A stretch of DNA of 64,000 nucleotides, from the NCBI GenBank assembly GCA_010093605.1, contig MU004199.1, forward strand, positions 558,001-622,000, read 5' to 3'. A model generated the notes under the pieces. That model did not search any database. It saw only the letters and a program-made list of their open reading frames with translations, and was not told where the DNA came from. Every line of letters begins with the position of its first letter. Position 1 is the stretch's first letter. The DNA comes from Lophium mytilinum. Taxonomy: Eukaryota. Of the stretch, positions 1 through 12,484 are shown piece after piece. The translations under genes and the position numbers were made by a program.

Positions 1-21
1 ACATATACTGAATTACCGCAG

Positions 22-1281
22 TGCGATGAAGTCCATCCTGAGTGTGGGAACTGCGTCAAGCACAACGTTCCTTGTGACTTCAAAACTTCGGGAGCAGTCA
101 CTGTACCTGCGCCGGCATCGAAAAGAGCCATCTCGAGGCTCACAGTGCCCAAAAACGATGCTGCACCATCATCATCATCGTCAATTTCACCAACTCAACC
201 TTCCTTGCATATGCTAGAGCCAACCATATGTGCTACAAGATCGCAGATACCAGACTGGTCAGACATGGACCGAATGCTAGAATTGCGTATCTTTCATCAT
301 TACAGTTCATCTGCCTATGGCCGAGACTACAGGATGCCAGTCGCCAAGGAACTCTGGACGATCTTGATTCCAACTCTAGCATTCGATCAGCCATGTCTCA
401 TGGACAGCCTCCTTGCATGCTCTGCACTCCACATGCGCGTACATACTCCTCAGGACAGCTCGTTAATACAAGCATCGCATAGGTACATGGCCCGCTCGAT
501 ACGCTCTTACCTCGAGGCTCTTCGAGGCGGAATTACCGATCGCAACTTCGATGCTTTATATTTGACAGCTATGCTTATCGCTTTTCATACCTTTCTGAAC
601 CGCCGCTTTGAACCGCAGAATGCTACCGCAGAGAACATGGCTGCCCAGTGGTTTCAACCATTCCGAGGCGCCAAAGCCATCGCAGAAGCCGCTCCACCTC
701 TCGTGTCGTCTAGCTCCATCACACAGATCTTCCCCGGCATGCGCGTACCGCTGTTTCGGTGCGACCACGTCAGCAGCGAGTGCAGTTTCGGATTCCTGTT
801 GGATGGTCTCACTGGGGATGAACCAGACTACGAGGTTTATACATACGCGACCTCGCATCTGTGCAGGGCCCTGCACTGTCGCCAGCCGCGATTCTTCTTT
901 CGATTTCTGGGCGATGCACCTGGCCGGATTTCAGAACTGATTCACCTGCGCGATCCACGGAGTATGGCCATTGCGTTCGCGTTCTTTTCGCTTATGAAAA
1001 CAGTTCCCATTCAAATGTGGTGGCTAGACGGCGCGGCAGATGGAGAGATCACCAGGATCAGAAAAGCGTTGCCGAAGCCATGGCTGCCGATGCTTGAACA
1101 AGCTCATGAGGTTATCTGGGGATGCACTGAGTATTGCCAGATGGCTGGGTTACATGTGCATGGACCGGATAATCAGTCTATATCATTGGTATCTACGTGG
1201 CAGCGGGAATGGACTCGTGGTGCCCCGGAGGCCTCGATGACAAGCATCACGGAGCAAGAGCTGCTGTGGGCTCGGACATGA
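22..1281 (+). CDS. Zn2Cys6 transcription factor, Upc2/sterol-uptake-control-like (5' part lies outside the window)
   Basis: After an intron ending ccgcag at 21, the frame reads CDEVHPECGNCVKHNVPCDF (second half of a Zn2Cys6 cluster). It continues in frame into ORF 145..1281, which has ELRIFHHY, W..LIPTLAF..PCLMDSLLACSALH and WWLDG, typical of the Upc2-like fungal TF domain. Confidence 0.85.
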   Translation, partial: CDEVHPECGNCVKHNVPCDFKTSGAVTVPAPASKRAISRLTVPKNDAAPSSSSSISPTQPSLHMLEPTICATRSQIPDWSDMDRMLELRIFHHYSSSAYGRDYRMPVAKELWTILIPTLAFDQPCLMDSLLACSALHMRVHTPQDSSLIQASHRYMARSIRSYLEALRGGITDRNFDALYLTAMLIAFHTFLNRRFEPQNATAENMAAQWFQPFRGAKAIAEAAPPLVSSSSITQIFPGMRVPLFRCDHVSSECSFGFLLDGLTGDEPDYEVYTYATSHLCRALHCRQPRFFFRFLGDAPGRISELIHLRDPRSMAIAFAFFSLMKTVPIQMWWLDGAADGEITRIRKALPKPWLPMLEQAHEVIWGCTEYCQMAGLHVHGPDNQSISLVSTWQREWTRGAPEASMTSITEQELLWART

Positions 1282-1561
1282 TGCATCACGAGGGAGACAA
1301 TGAGGAATCAAGATTCAGGTTGAAATCAAATCAAGGCGAAGGAACCTACCCGACGCCTTTTAATTACATGGAAGATGCACTACTCGAGTACGCCAGAGCT
1401 TCGCAACATTGACTGGACACCCAAGAAAATCTACCTCTCTAATCGATATAGCCGCTCTATTTGCTCTCATTACCACATCGTTTAACGCGAAAACCTGGTA
1501 GGATATATATACTACCCTTCGGACCTCATGTTACCCCACCATATCGTACGATTATACACCT

Positions 1562-2651
1562 TCAGCCTTGTAGCTCGATGGAGCCAGCAGAGGCCAATCC
1601 CCTCTTCGATACAGCGTTCGCTTCCTGAAATAGGAAGCCAGGATGGAAAACATTTAGTGCGAGCACAGCGATGGTACACATACTGTCAGCACTTTTGTCA
1701 GCATTCGTCTCGAAAAATTTGCAGGCAGTGAACCACGTACACCGAATCGAGGATTATGAATAGCGTCTGGTCCTGCATCAACGAGTTGCGCCACCCGCCA
1801 GCCATCTCAGCGACACGGTAGATACACCGAATCAAGATGGTCGTGTAGCTCACCGCGATCGCAACGATCAACCCTCTGAAGTACTTTGTGCGTCGAAGCT
1901 GCGCGCTCGATGCGTTCAACTGGTTTTGGAATTTGTAGACTCGGAACGCGTATTCGGATGCCAGGAGCCCGAAGAGGGAGAGGGTGAAGACTTGAAGTGC
2001 CAATCCGAAGATCATGAGGTTGTTGCCCGTTTCGGCGTGCGTGCCCCCGGCGGCGATGCCGGCGCCGATGGCCTGGATCGCGATGGAGAAGATGTCGCAG
2101 GCTACACCAAATTAGAATGTTGTTATAGAGTGGGTAGCGCTGCGATGCGACGTACCGATGAAGATCCATGTATACCACCTTGGCTGGATGCGAGAGAAGC
2201 TGGCCCCAAAGGCGATCACCCTGTCGCATCTTAGCTTTGTTCCATGGGAGTAATAACTTTTATCGACGCTACCATGGATCGTGTCCACGAAGGAGGATTA
2301 GACTTACGTGTGCTTCAATGTCAGATATATCCCTGCCGACAAGAACGCTGGCGCTACCGTCAAGCAGATGATCTGGATCTTGAACGCCGTGCCGTTAAAG
2401 ACATCGTTATGCATCATGATTCTACCTCCATAACCGACTGCTTCTCCGAAGACGCCGATCGCCATGGCGACTAAGAAGGACCACGACTTCCACTTTACGC
2501 CTTGGAAAACGTGGAGTAAGAAGGAGATGGAGAAGAGGGCGCAGAAGAGTGCGTTCGCGGCCAAGGAGGGATTGTACCCGTAGACGGAGTAGGAGACAGG
2601 ACAGGTATCCTTCGTACAGTCCTTGAGAACGGTGCCATTTTTAGTCGCCAT
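1562..2651 (-). CDS. RTA1-like lipid-translocating exporter (multi-exon membrane protein)
   Basis: Motifs YGYNPSLAAN, GEAVGYGGR, QIICLTVAPAFLSAGIY, ILIRCIYRVAEMAGG and, in the last exon, VFHPG. The stop TGA is at 1562-1564. Confidence 0.9.
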
Positions 2652-4320
2652 GGTGGAGGAGTTCCAGGGTTGTCAACCGAAATCAGACACGGAAGGTTGT
2701 TGAGAAGGGTAGAAGATGCAAGCAAGAGAACTACTGCGGTAGTCAAAGATTTTACTATAGAGGACGGGACACAGAACACAAGGTGGTGGTGGGATAGTCG
2801 ATAGTAGGAGACGACTACGAGCACCGCGGGCCTCCTAGATATACTACTCCAAACACGCCAGTCAACCCTCCTACCTCGACTGCGCCCCTCCATTTCTTAT
2901 CCCCAAATATCACCAACCATGCCAACATCGCGAAACGATACCTTCTAGCGTGGCTTGGCGGTAGGCTCAGTGGGTCCTTTCAAAGCCACCGAAGCTCGCA
3001 ATTGGCCGAGTTGATGGCTCGCAACCTGTTCAAGGACTATTTAGGCACATTCCAGATATGCAGCTAAGGAGCGCCCGCGAGCAGTCGTCAGCGTATCGAA
3101 GGAAGAGCGTGAAGCGAGAAAATGTGGCCAATCGGAGCACGGCAAGCCCGAATACGATTTCTCGGATATACTAGGGTATGACTCGGAGAGACTGTAACAT
3201 CCGACGCAGGGCTGAACAGCTTCTATTTCAATGACACCGCAGCAGCTGTGCCGTCAGGCTTTGGGCACATTGGTTCATTTATCGCTATTTCGACTGCAAA
3301 GGGGAACGGGTGCACGACTAAGCCTCTTGACAACATCGGAGGGTTACGAATAAGTCCTTTAGACCCAGAGCGTTTCGGGATGACCGAATCTTTTCGTATG
3401 CTCTCTTTCCTTTTAACTGGATAGATGAGTAATGAAAGTCCCTAACTACTTCTCGCGTTTACCTTCCTCCCCACATCAACGATCAAAGGAGAATGGCTCA
3501 CTATCAGACACTACAGTACTAAGAAACAAGTTTCGGCACTTCTTACAACATCTCAGGGTATCGTGATAGACACTTAGAACCCCCAATACGATGTTAAAAC
3601 GAATGCAGACTACCTTTTGACAGGCTGGTTCTTGCTAGCTACGGTCCTCCTCAGAGTAGTGTCGATGGAGCAAGAATGGAGCCGGAGCAGTGCTATCTCC
3701 GAGCATCCAAAACCATAGCTTAGAACTGTACCAACATGACAAGAGAGACTCTGATGTGCGTTCAAATGACCTGGATACTCTTTCATCTTTGAAGCGTACA
3801 TCAACAATGGTGTTTCTTTCGCCCAGTCGGACGGTTCCAGCCTCGAGCATCTCAATTTTTTTCAGCGATCTTTACAAAGTTGAGACCTACAGCTTTTCCA
3901 GAAGTCTTGGCCGTTTACCTGGAGAATCATCGAAGCAAGCTGAAATACTCACCTGCTTCTATGGTTTTTTCCCGAGATCTTTTCCCGAGAATGGTTTTTC
4001 TTCTGCAGGTTCGGATAGCGGCGCCCTCTGCCAAGCACTATCTTTCGACAGCGATTAGCTTCAATACCCAAGAAAGCCTACTTATACTCTCTTCTTTTTT
4101 CTTTCGTGCTAATCGTCTCGTAGTGTACCACAAGAAGCTTCTTCTGGACCCTCCTCTCCTTCAAACCGAATCCTCCGCATTGGAGCCAATCACATCCCAC
4201 CTTTGTCCGAGTACCACCGCAGCCCCACCTCGCTATTTGCTGAGCACATCTTACCAAACATCAACCTCAGCTTAACATCTATCCCGGAATCCAATTTCGA
4301 TTGCCGCAACCCAGACCACA

Positions 4321-5109
4321 ATGAACTTCAAAGCGTTTCTCCCAATTCTTTTCTGGGCTGTGGCCTCTGCTTACGAGAACCAAGCCCGACAAGCGCAAGA
4401 CCCCATTGCGGCTAAAGGAGCAAGCATAAATAACATCCCCTTCAGCACACGCGCATATTGGATGCGCAGAGCCAACGCTGCATTAGCTGATCTCGCTTCC
4501 CCGTGCCCATTCGCTGCTTTCGGCACGGTTATCGTGAACCACACAGATACATCTGGAGGGGAGTTCGGGAAACTGGTGTGCATCGGGATTAACGAGAATG
4601 GGAAGGTTGGGAATCCGGTGTTGCATGGCGAGATCGCGGCTATCAACAATTGCTCGAGCATTCTCACGGATGCGTCAGGGCCGTATAACTTGTCGGCTAG
4701 CGAGGCGTTGGACGCGTTTGCGGACTTGAGCATTTATACGAATGGGGAGTCGTGTCCGATGGCGAGTTTCCTGTCTCTTCACTACCCCTTCGTGCTGTCT
4801 TTTCTTTTCAGATGGATCACAGGCTGATAGATTCTATCCTAGTGCGCCTCTGCCATTCGATGGGCGGGCTTTCGCGAATACATCTACGGCACGACTATCG
4901 ATACGCTCATTGAACAGGGCTGGGGCCAGATCCGGATCTCGTCGACGGAGGTGTTTCGACAGTCTTTTGATCTGTCGACCCAGTCGAGGTTGATAGGGCC
5001 AATTCTGGCGAATGAGACGGATCCGTTGTTTGCGTGGCAGTTCAATCCGGCGGCGCCATGTCCTGTGGGCTGCGCGAGGGGAGAGATGGGGGTTTGTGAG
5101 AAGGCTTGA
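4321..5109 (+). CDS. Putative secreted cytidine/guanine-deaminase-family zinc protein
   Basis: Hydrophobic signal-like N-terminus and an HGEIAAI motif. ESCPM|CASAIRWAG is joined across a GC-AG intron at 4762-4842. Stop at 5107-5109. Confidence 0.85.
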
Positions 5110-5343
5110 TTTCCTTTCGCAGTGTGGCCTGTACAAACGAAGTGTTTTCGGACTGATGAGGACGAGAAAGGGTGAATACTGGGACGAAAAGCACCATCTA
5201 AGTACCTCCAGTGTGCTGATCACGTGACGTTCCTTTTTCTACTTTTACTGCAGAATATGCATGATTCGTTCCATCTGTTTGTCAAGGCCAGGATTCATCC
5301 ATGGAGTCCATCGATCTCGTTATGAAGATCTTCACAAACACTA

Positions 5344-5725
5344 CAGTAGAACCTCTATATTACGAATCGCATTACAACGAATTCGCGTTAGTACGAATAT
5401 TTTTGAATCCACAAATATTTTACTAGTAAATTAACGAATATTCGCTAGTACGTAATTCGTTAGGAATTGGCTGGATTCGTTACATCAAATGTATGGGAAA
5501 CCCCTTTTCTCCACCCTGGAACCCCTGTATTTGGGCGGATTTTGGGTGGGATCCTCGGGTGGGAGGGGGTATCCACCCCGGATCTGCTTACAAATCACCG
5601 GTTTGAGGTACCTCGGACCCTCTTCGGACGCTTTCTGGAGGCTTAGTCAGATTAGCATTTAACGAATCCACTATGTAACGAATTTTTTCCGAGAATAACA
5701 GATTCGTTATAGCGAGGTTCTACTG
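5344..5725. mobile_element. MITE (non-autonomous Tc1/mariner-pogo type), 382 bp
   Basis: Left TIR is CAGTAGAACCTCTATATTACGAATC; the reverse complement of the right end is CAGTAGAACCTCGCTATAACGAATC. TA flanks both sides (5342-43, 5726-27). Many internal ACGAAT/ATTCGT repeats and no ORF. Confidence 0.85.
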
Positions 5726-6176
5726 TATGAGAAATGGATTCTTCCCGCCCTTCTCGATTGGGCGGGTAGAATTATATGAGCTAGTACCCTTGAGGACTAG
5801 CGACTCAAGCGGTAAATTACAGATCTCTGAAAATGCGTCTCCGAAAGTAAGATTTTTTTTTAATCAAACGAAATATGCACGCTGAGGGCAGTTCATAATG
5901 CAAATCAAAGTACTAGGAGTAACCCAAAATGAAGTCGAAATGAGATCGGAGACGGTCTCCGATGCCAAGGTCGAATCAGGATGACATCTGGTTCTTCAGC
6001 ACAGACAATCGTGGTAGCGGCAGATCGTCATGATCCACCCGCGCCTAGATTTCCCAATAATTCCACCAAGGTCACTTTCCTGGTTCTCTCTTCTCTGCAT
6101 TCTCAATTCGCAATTTGTTACCATCGCTATTTCGCCCAGTCTTACGTGCTTCTCGTTCCGTATTTGCGCTGAAACC

Positions 6177-7944
6177 ATGGCGCAACAAACACGCGGAGAA
6201 GCAGACGACTACTACAGCGCGCCGCAGGGGCCGCCTCCACCACAACAGTATGGCGGCCAGCAACAACAATATCAGATGGATCCTCCACGAAACGGCGACA
6301 AGTACCAGCAACAGCCTCCATCCTATGGTCAGAACGGTCAGAATGGACAAAACTACGGCCCGACTGGAGGAGAGAGTGGTTATGGAGAGAAACCGACTTT
6401 TGAACAGGCTTTCACGATTCAAGGGCCCAAATACCACGATATCTGGGCAGGAGCACTGGTACGGACACTCTCCTTGTTTTGAGACGCGGAACTGACCGAA
6501 CGCAGTTTCTAGCCGTCTTCCTAGGTTTTGCTGCCGTCTCGGGCATCGCGATCCAAGGATATGCCAAAACGAAAGGCTTCCAAGGCGGCGGAATTCACAA
6601 CGATAACAACGACTTCGGGCTTTCCACAAACACAATTATACTTTTTGTATTTGTACTGGCTGTGTCCGTCGTGTTCAGCTACGCATATGTTTGGGCTGCG
6701 CGCGCATTTACGAAGCAGTTCATCTGGATTACCGGCATCCTCAACATCCTTTTTGGGTTTGCGACCGCAATATATATGCTGTCGAGGAAATACTGGTCGG
6801 GAGGAATCATCTTTCTCCTTTTCTCGATCTTCACGGTCATTTGCTTCATCTCTTGGATTCCCCGGATCCCGTTCTCCGTCTTGATGCTCCAGACGAGCAT
6901 TGACGTTTCGAAGAAGTTCGGCCATGTATACCTGGTATCACTGGTTGGAGGCATTCTGGCTACCGCGTTCGGTGCTTGGTATTCCGTGACGCTGGTCGCT
7001 ATATACGTCAAGTACGAGCCAGGAAACAACCCTGCTTGCTCGACGGGTGCTGGAGGGTGTAGTAGCGCGACGGTGATTGGGCTGATTGTTTTCGTTACCT
7101 TTGCGATGTACTGGATTTCGGAGTGGCTGAAGAACACGGTCCATACAACTATCGCGGGTGTGTATGGTTCGTGGTACTTTTGCTCACACAACTTCCCCAA
7201 GGGAGCGACTCGGGGCGCGCTCAAGCGTGCTACGACGTACAGCTTTGGTAGCATCAGCTTCGGGAGTTTGATAGTGGCTATCATCCAGTTTGCCCGTCAA
7301 GCTTGCTCCGTCGCTCGGAACAACGCTGCAGGCCAAGGCAGCATGGTAGCCTCTGTGCTTTTCTGCGTCTTGGGGTGCCTAATCAGTATGACCTCCTTCT
7401 GATCTTTCGACAATTACCTTACTGACATTGATTTCAGGTATCCTGGAGTGGGCGGTCCAATTCATCAATCGCTACGCCTTCTGCCACATTGCGTTGTACG
7501 GTAAATCGTACATCGAAGCGGCGAAAGACACATGGAAGTGAGTACACCAAAGAATGTGTCTAGCAAAAGGGAGTACTAACGGCAAACAGGATGATCAAAG
7601 ACCGTGGAATCGACGCGCTTGTCAACGAGTGCCTCATTGGACCAGTGCTCACCATGGGAGCAACCTTCATCGCATACGCATGCGCGCTTCTCGCCTACTG
7701 TTACCTCATTTTCACGTCGCCGGCGTACAACAGCAAGGGAGAATACACGCCGGTCGTGGTGGCGTTCGCCTTTCTGATCGGACTGCAGATTTGCAACATC
7801 TTCACTACTCCTCTTATGGCGGGAATTGAGACGCTGTTCGTTGCGATGAGCTGGGACCCGGAAGTGCTTATGAGAGACCACCCAGAGCTCTACGGCAAGA
7901 TGGTGGCTGTGTACCCACATGTTCAACAGGCCATCCATGCGTGA
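6177..7944 (+). CDS. PNS1: Pns1 / choline-transporter-like (CTL) membrane protein
   Basis: Q/P/G-rich N-terminus, PKYHDIWA, SFGSISFGSLI, FINRYAFCHIALYG, IETLFVAMSWDP. Introns at about 6459-6505, 7386-7437 and 7538-7589. Confidence 0.9.
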
Positions 7945-8840
7945 GTGGAAAGCCGTGGTCCGGGGATTGCGGGTTAGTGGGTGGACTAGACTGGGATGCG
8001 TACTATAATGGAACGGAGGCAATAATGTAGAAAGTGTCTGCAAGACGTGCCGTACCTGATGGGGATGTCTGGCGTGTACACTTCGGTCGGCTTCCGGTTC
8101 TCGGATACCCTTCCGCCCACTACAGAATCCCAGCGTGAGGCTGATGTTCTTACCATGTACTCTAACTTGAGGCTCGAAAACGACTTTGACAAACGGGTCT
8201 ATCCGCCGCCACGTCGTTAGACTACCACTCGACCGCGATGCATGACGTCGGCGAGGAAGGATACAAAGACACGTTCCTTCCGAAAGACTGGCAATGATCC
8301 AATGCTTCTTCACGGCGAGTCCTCCGAGTCTAAAACCGCATAGCCGTAGTCCGCAGGGCGGCGGTTTCTGGCGATGTTGGGCAGCAGCGACAGCCCGTGA
8401 AGACTGCGGTATTAACGAGCCTTCGAGCCGGTCTATATAAGTACTTTAGATTCCGAGGATAGTTGCATCTTTGGTGTCAGACGCTCTTACTGCCTCCTCC
8501 CACGCTCTTACCTGCACAGCCGCTCTTGCTTTTTAGCTGGCGTCACTGCTCCACCAGTTGAACCCCGCCATTCCCGCCTGCCTTGCTGCACGTCCTGTTC
8601 TCCTCCACGCCTCGCAGACGCAGCTAATTCTGAAGCACACCGCACTCTCCAGGTGAGTACAAATTGCCCAGGCATCCTCGTGTCCATCTCCTGACCGCCT
8701 CCAGCTTGCAGTCACTGTTCTGAGCTTTCTACGCCGTCAGACGCCCCCTCTGCACAAGCTACCCCGCTCATACCCCAGATTCAACAATCCTCACGCATCA
8801 AGCTCCACCCTTCGTCTCCACACGTCTCCAATCAAGCACA

Positions 8841-10028
8841 ATGGCCTACGAGAAGAAGGCTGTCCACTTTGGCGGTGGCAACATCGGCCGTGGCTTCGTC
8901 GCCGAGTTCCTGCACAAGTCAGGCTATGAGGTCGTCTTCGTCGATGTGATGGAGACCATCATCGACGCCCTGCAAGCCAACAAGCACTACACCGTCACCG
9001 AGATTGGCGAGGATGGCGAGCATTCGTTCGACATCGACCACTACCGTGCCATCAACAGCAGGAACGAGATGTCCAAGGTCATCGAAGAGATCGCGACTGC
9101 CGATGTCGTCACCTGTGCCGTGGGCCCCAATGTCCTCAAGTTTGTCGCTGAGCCCGTGGCCAAAGGCATTGCGGCCCGCAAGCTCGACTACCCGCTCGCT
9201 GTCATTGCCTGTGAGAACATGATCGGCGCCACTACGAAGTGGAAGGGCTTCATCGAACAACACATCTCGGAGCTGGGCGACAAGTCCATCCTCGACAAGC
9301 TCGACACCAAGGCCCGCTTCGCCAACTCCGCCATCGACCGCATCGTTCCACACCAGGACCCCGACGCCGGTCTGAACGTTAAGATCGAGAAGTTCTACGA
9401 GTGGTGTGTTGAGAAGCACCCCTTCGACGGCGCCAAGAGACCTGCTATCGATGGCGTTCACTACGTCGGCGACCTGGAGCCGTATATTGAGCGTAAGCTG
9501 TTCACTGTCAACACCTCTCACGCGACTGCCGCCTACTACGGCTATGTTCGCGGCAAGGCTACCATCCACGATGCCATGACCGACCCTGCCATCCACGACA
9601 TTGTTCGTGACACTCTAAAGGAGACTGCCCATCTCATCACCAACAAGCACGAGATCACCACCGAGGAGCAAGACGACTACGTCGAGAAGATCGTAGCCCG
9701 CATCTCAAATCCAGCACTCGAGGACAAGGTCGAGCGTGTCGGCCGTGCTCCACTACGCAAGATGTCCCGCAACGAGCGTTTCATCGCCCCGGCTGCCCAC
9801 TTGGCTGAGATGGGATCCACATACAACCACCTTCTCGGCGCTTTCGAGCAGGCTTTGCACTTCGTGAACGTCGAGGGTGACGATGAGAGCTTCGAGCTGG
9901 CCAAGATCCTGAAGGATCTGAGCGCGAAGGAGGCGACTTTGAAGATCACCGGCCTCGAGGAGACTCACAAGCTGTTTGCTGATGTGGAGAAGGTGATTGC
10001 CAAGGTGCAGAAGAGCTCGTCTCTGTAG
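8841..10028 (+). CDS. mpdA: Mannitol-1-phosphate 5-dehydrogenase
   Basis: [49 protein letters not shown]. Single exon of 395 aa. Confidence 0.96.
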   Translation: MAYEKKAVHFGGGNIGRGFVAEFLHKSGYEVVFVDVMETIIDALQANKHYTVTEIGEDGEHSFDIDHYRAINSRNEMSKVIEEIATADVVTCAVGPNVLKFVAEPVAKGIAARKLDYPLAVIACENMIGATTKWKGFIEQHISELGDKSILDKLDTKARFANSAIDRIVPHQDPDAGLNVKIEKFYEWCVEKHPFDGAKRPAIDGVHYVGDLEPYIERKLFTVNTSHATAAYYGYVRGKATIHDAMTDPAIHDIVRDTLKETAHLITNKHEITTEEQDDYVEKIVARISNPALEDKVERVGRAPLRKMSRNERFIAPAAHLAEMGSTYNHLLGAFEQALHFVNVEGDDESFELAKILKDLSAKEATLKITGLEETHKLFADVEKVIAKVQKSSSL

Positions 10029-10882
10029 GCTCATACACCTACTCGACTTACCACCCAGCTCTCTGTTATACTCAGATGACTGGCGTGTGAGGAAAATGTT
10101 TCAGGGTGATGAGCGACATCCGATCTGACGAAGCATACGTATCGCTGGAATTTTCTACTTTTGCGCTGGCGTCGGCCCTTTGAGGTTACGAGATCGAAAA
10201 AAACCTGCATGTTCTGTTTCTTCTCTCCGCTCTTCGATATTCCTACCTGTGTAGCCTGAATCAGGCTGTGAGCTATCGGCGAGCGAAACCGAAACGCGAT
10301 ACTACTTCATGTCTCCGTATTACTTAGCTCTCAAATAGATGCGGGTAGTCAATAGATTTCCTCACATCGCGACCTTGATCTGGCAACTCGAGAGTTGGAC
10401 TACTCATACTGTGCTAGCGATACGACCACCTGAGCAAGATGTACGATCGTGAAGCGTGATAAAATTTATGGGGACAATCACGATCCCCATGCTGCCCCAA
10501 TTTTTCCCGCCCGTTCCTGAACGCCAAGCCCGCCACCAAAAGCAACAGCTCGAAGCTCTGACCGCGTATTCCCATCTCACCCCAGCCATCTCGTTTCTCC
10601 GCCAACTGAACCTCCCGTCCCACCACGATACGACCGTCATCAGCCTGGAGCTTGCTCTTCACTCACTTCATTGCATCCGTCTCCAGCTTCTGCACGCTCA
10701 ATTGGTCGTGGACTGCTGCTCGTCAAGCTCCGACATCCTAGCTCCACCTCACTGCTTCGCTTCCGTCTGAGCGGTTTTTGGCCAGCCTCACTCCGAATCT
10801 GCTGTCGCAACCCGTTCACCGTGATCGCACGAGTCATATACTGAGGATTCTTTGAGAGAGAACCTGAGGAGGGCTTTTTGCA

Positions 10883-11849
10883 ATGGCGGATATTGAAACA
10901 GACCCCCAGATCGCGGAGGGCACACCGGCCGAGGAGGCGCCTGTGGATGTGGATATGGATGCGGGGGAGGGAGAGGGAGAGGGAGGCGCGGGGCAGGAGG
11001 AGACGGGGCTGCCGGAGATTGAGCCTGAAGAGGAGAAGAGGGTTACTTTTTTGGAGTGAGTTGGCTGTCACATGAGGCTCGGAGCACTCAAGCTGACTAT
11101 CACATAGCTACCTCAAATCCCCAATCATCGCAATTGAAGTCGGCACAGGCGAAGATCAGACGATTCTCCATGCGCATCAGGATATGCTCATCAAGTCGCC
11201 ATACTTCGCAGAAAAATGCGCCGAGTTCAGCGAGGGCGAGAAGGTGGGTTCTCTTTCCTCCAATCTTCCCTAGCAGCATCCGAACTAACATGAATATAAG
11301 AATCGCCGTATTTACCTTCCCCACGACGACCTCACCGCAACTGGCTCCGTCCTCGAATACCTCTACAACAACGAATACTTCCCGCGCCGCGTCTCCCCGG
11401 GCCACAAGTCCTCTGAAGTCGAAGCCGACCCCTCGATCCCCTTCCCAGACAACGAAGGCGAATCCCTCCTCCGCCACGCGCGCGTCTACACCCTTGCGGA
11501 CAAGTTCCGCTTGCCCGCGCTCAAATCCCTCGCGCACTCCAAGATTAGCAAGACGCAGAGCAATGCTAAGGGCGAGATCGCGTACGCGCGCTTCGTGTAT
11601 AAGGAGACGAGCGCCGAGGATAAGACGATCAGGAAGCCGGTCGCGGCGTTCTGGGCTCAGCGGAGTCATGTGCTGAGGCACCAGGCGGAGGAGGAGTTCA
11701 GGACGATGTGTCTCGAGTTCCCGCAGTTTGGGTTCGATGTGCTCACGATCGTGCTGGATAATAAGGAGAAGACGGGGGCGCCGAGGGGGGAGCCGAGCGT
11801 GTCTGTGCCGGCGAGTGGGAGGAAGAGGGCGAGGGTTAGTCAAGGTTGA
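10883..11849 (+). CDS. BTB/POZ-domain protein
   Basis: Exons 10883-11055, 11108-11243 and 11301-11849. Spliced reading gives YLKSPIIAIEVG...HAHQDMLIKSPYF...VLEYLYNNEY...HARVYTLADKF, with a C-terminal NLS-like GRKRAR. Confidence 0.85.
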
Positions 11850-12484
11850 GGCGATGGAGATAGCTAGGAGGATGATCTAGTTTCGGGGTTTGAGGGGATC
11901 TTGTGCTTCGATCTAAGGGGAGGGGGAAGTATCGCAGATGTAAGCGAACTAAGGATTGCAGGGAAAGGTTTGTAAGGGGTTATTTCCTTCTATATCTTGA
12001 GGTCAAAAAGTGTGGCTGGATGCTGCTCTCTCCTACATATCTTCCGCTGATATGGTTCGCTTTCTGAGGTATCACGGGTCGGGGTGTCGGGGCAGTGTGG
12101 GCTGTTGCTTGTACTATACCTAGCTTTTGCCTGTAAGATAGACATATGATCTAGTGAGATGGGACGGGATCGTTCAATCGTCCCACTGGCTTCAAGTAGG
12201 TGACAGCGGGCTTATTTCCGAAGTACGATGAAAACACACATCTTCCTAACCAAAATCCGCACCCCTTCCTCCCCCCCCATCGCTCATCAAACACCGCGCA
12301 AACTCTATTAGCATCCATACAAACATCTCACGTTACCTCCGCCTACCATCGGCCCCGACCCGCCGCGCACCTTCCCCATCCACGCGCACCCCCACCAAAA
12401 CCCACCCCACTTCGAACCTCACTTCAGACTCCGAGCTTCCTCTGTCGCCCGCAACACCTCACTCTTTCTTCTACACTAGCAACC

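Noticed and set aside
5739..5772. Hairpin ATTCTTCCCGCCC-N9-GGGCGGGTAGAAT beside the MITE
   Set aside because: An isolated short inverted repeat outside the TSD, with no supporting function.
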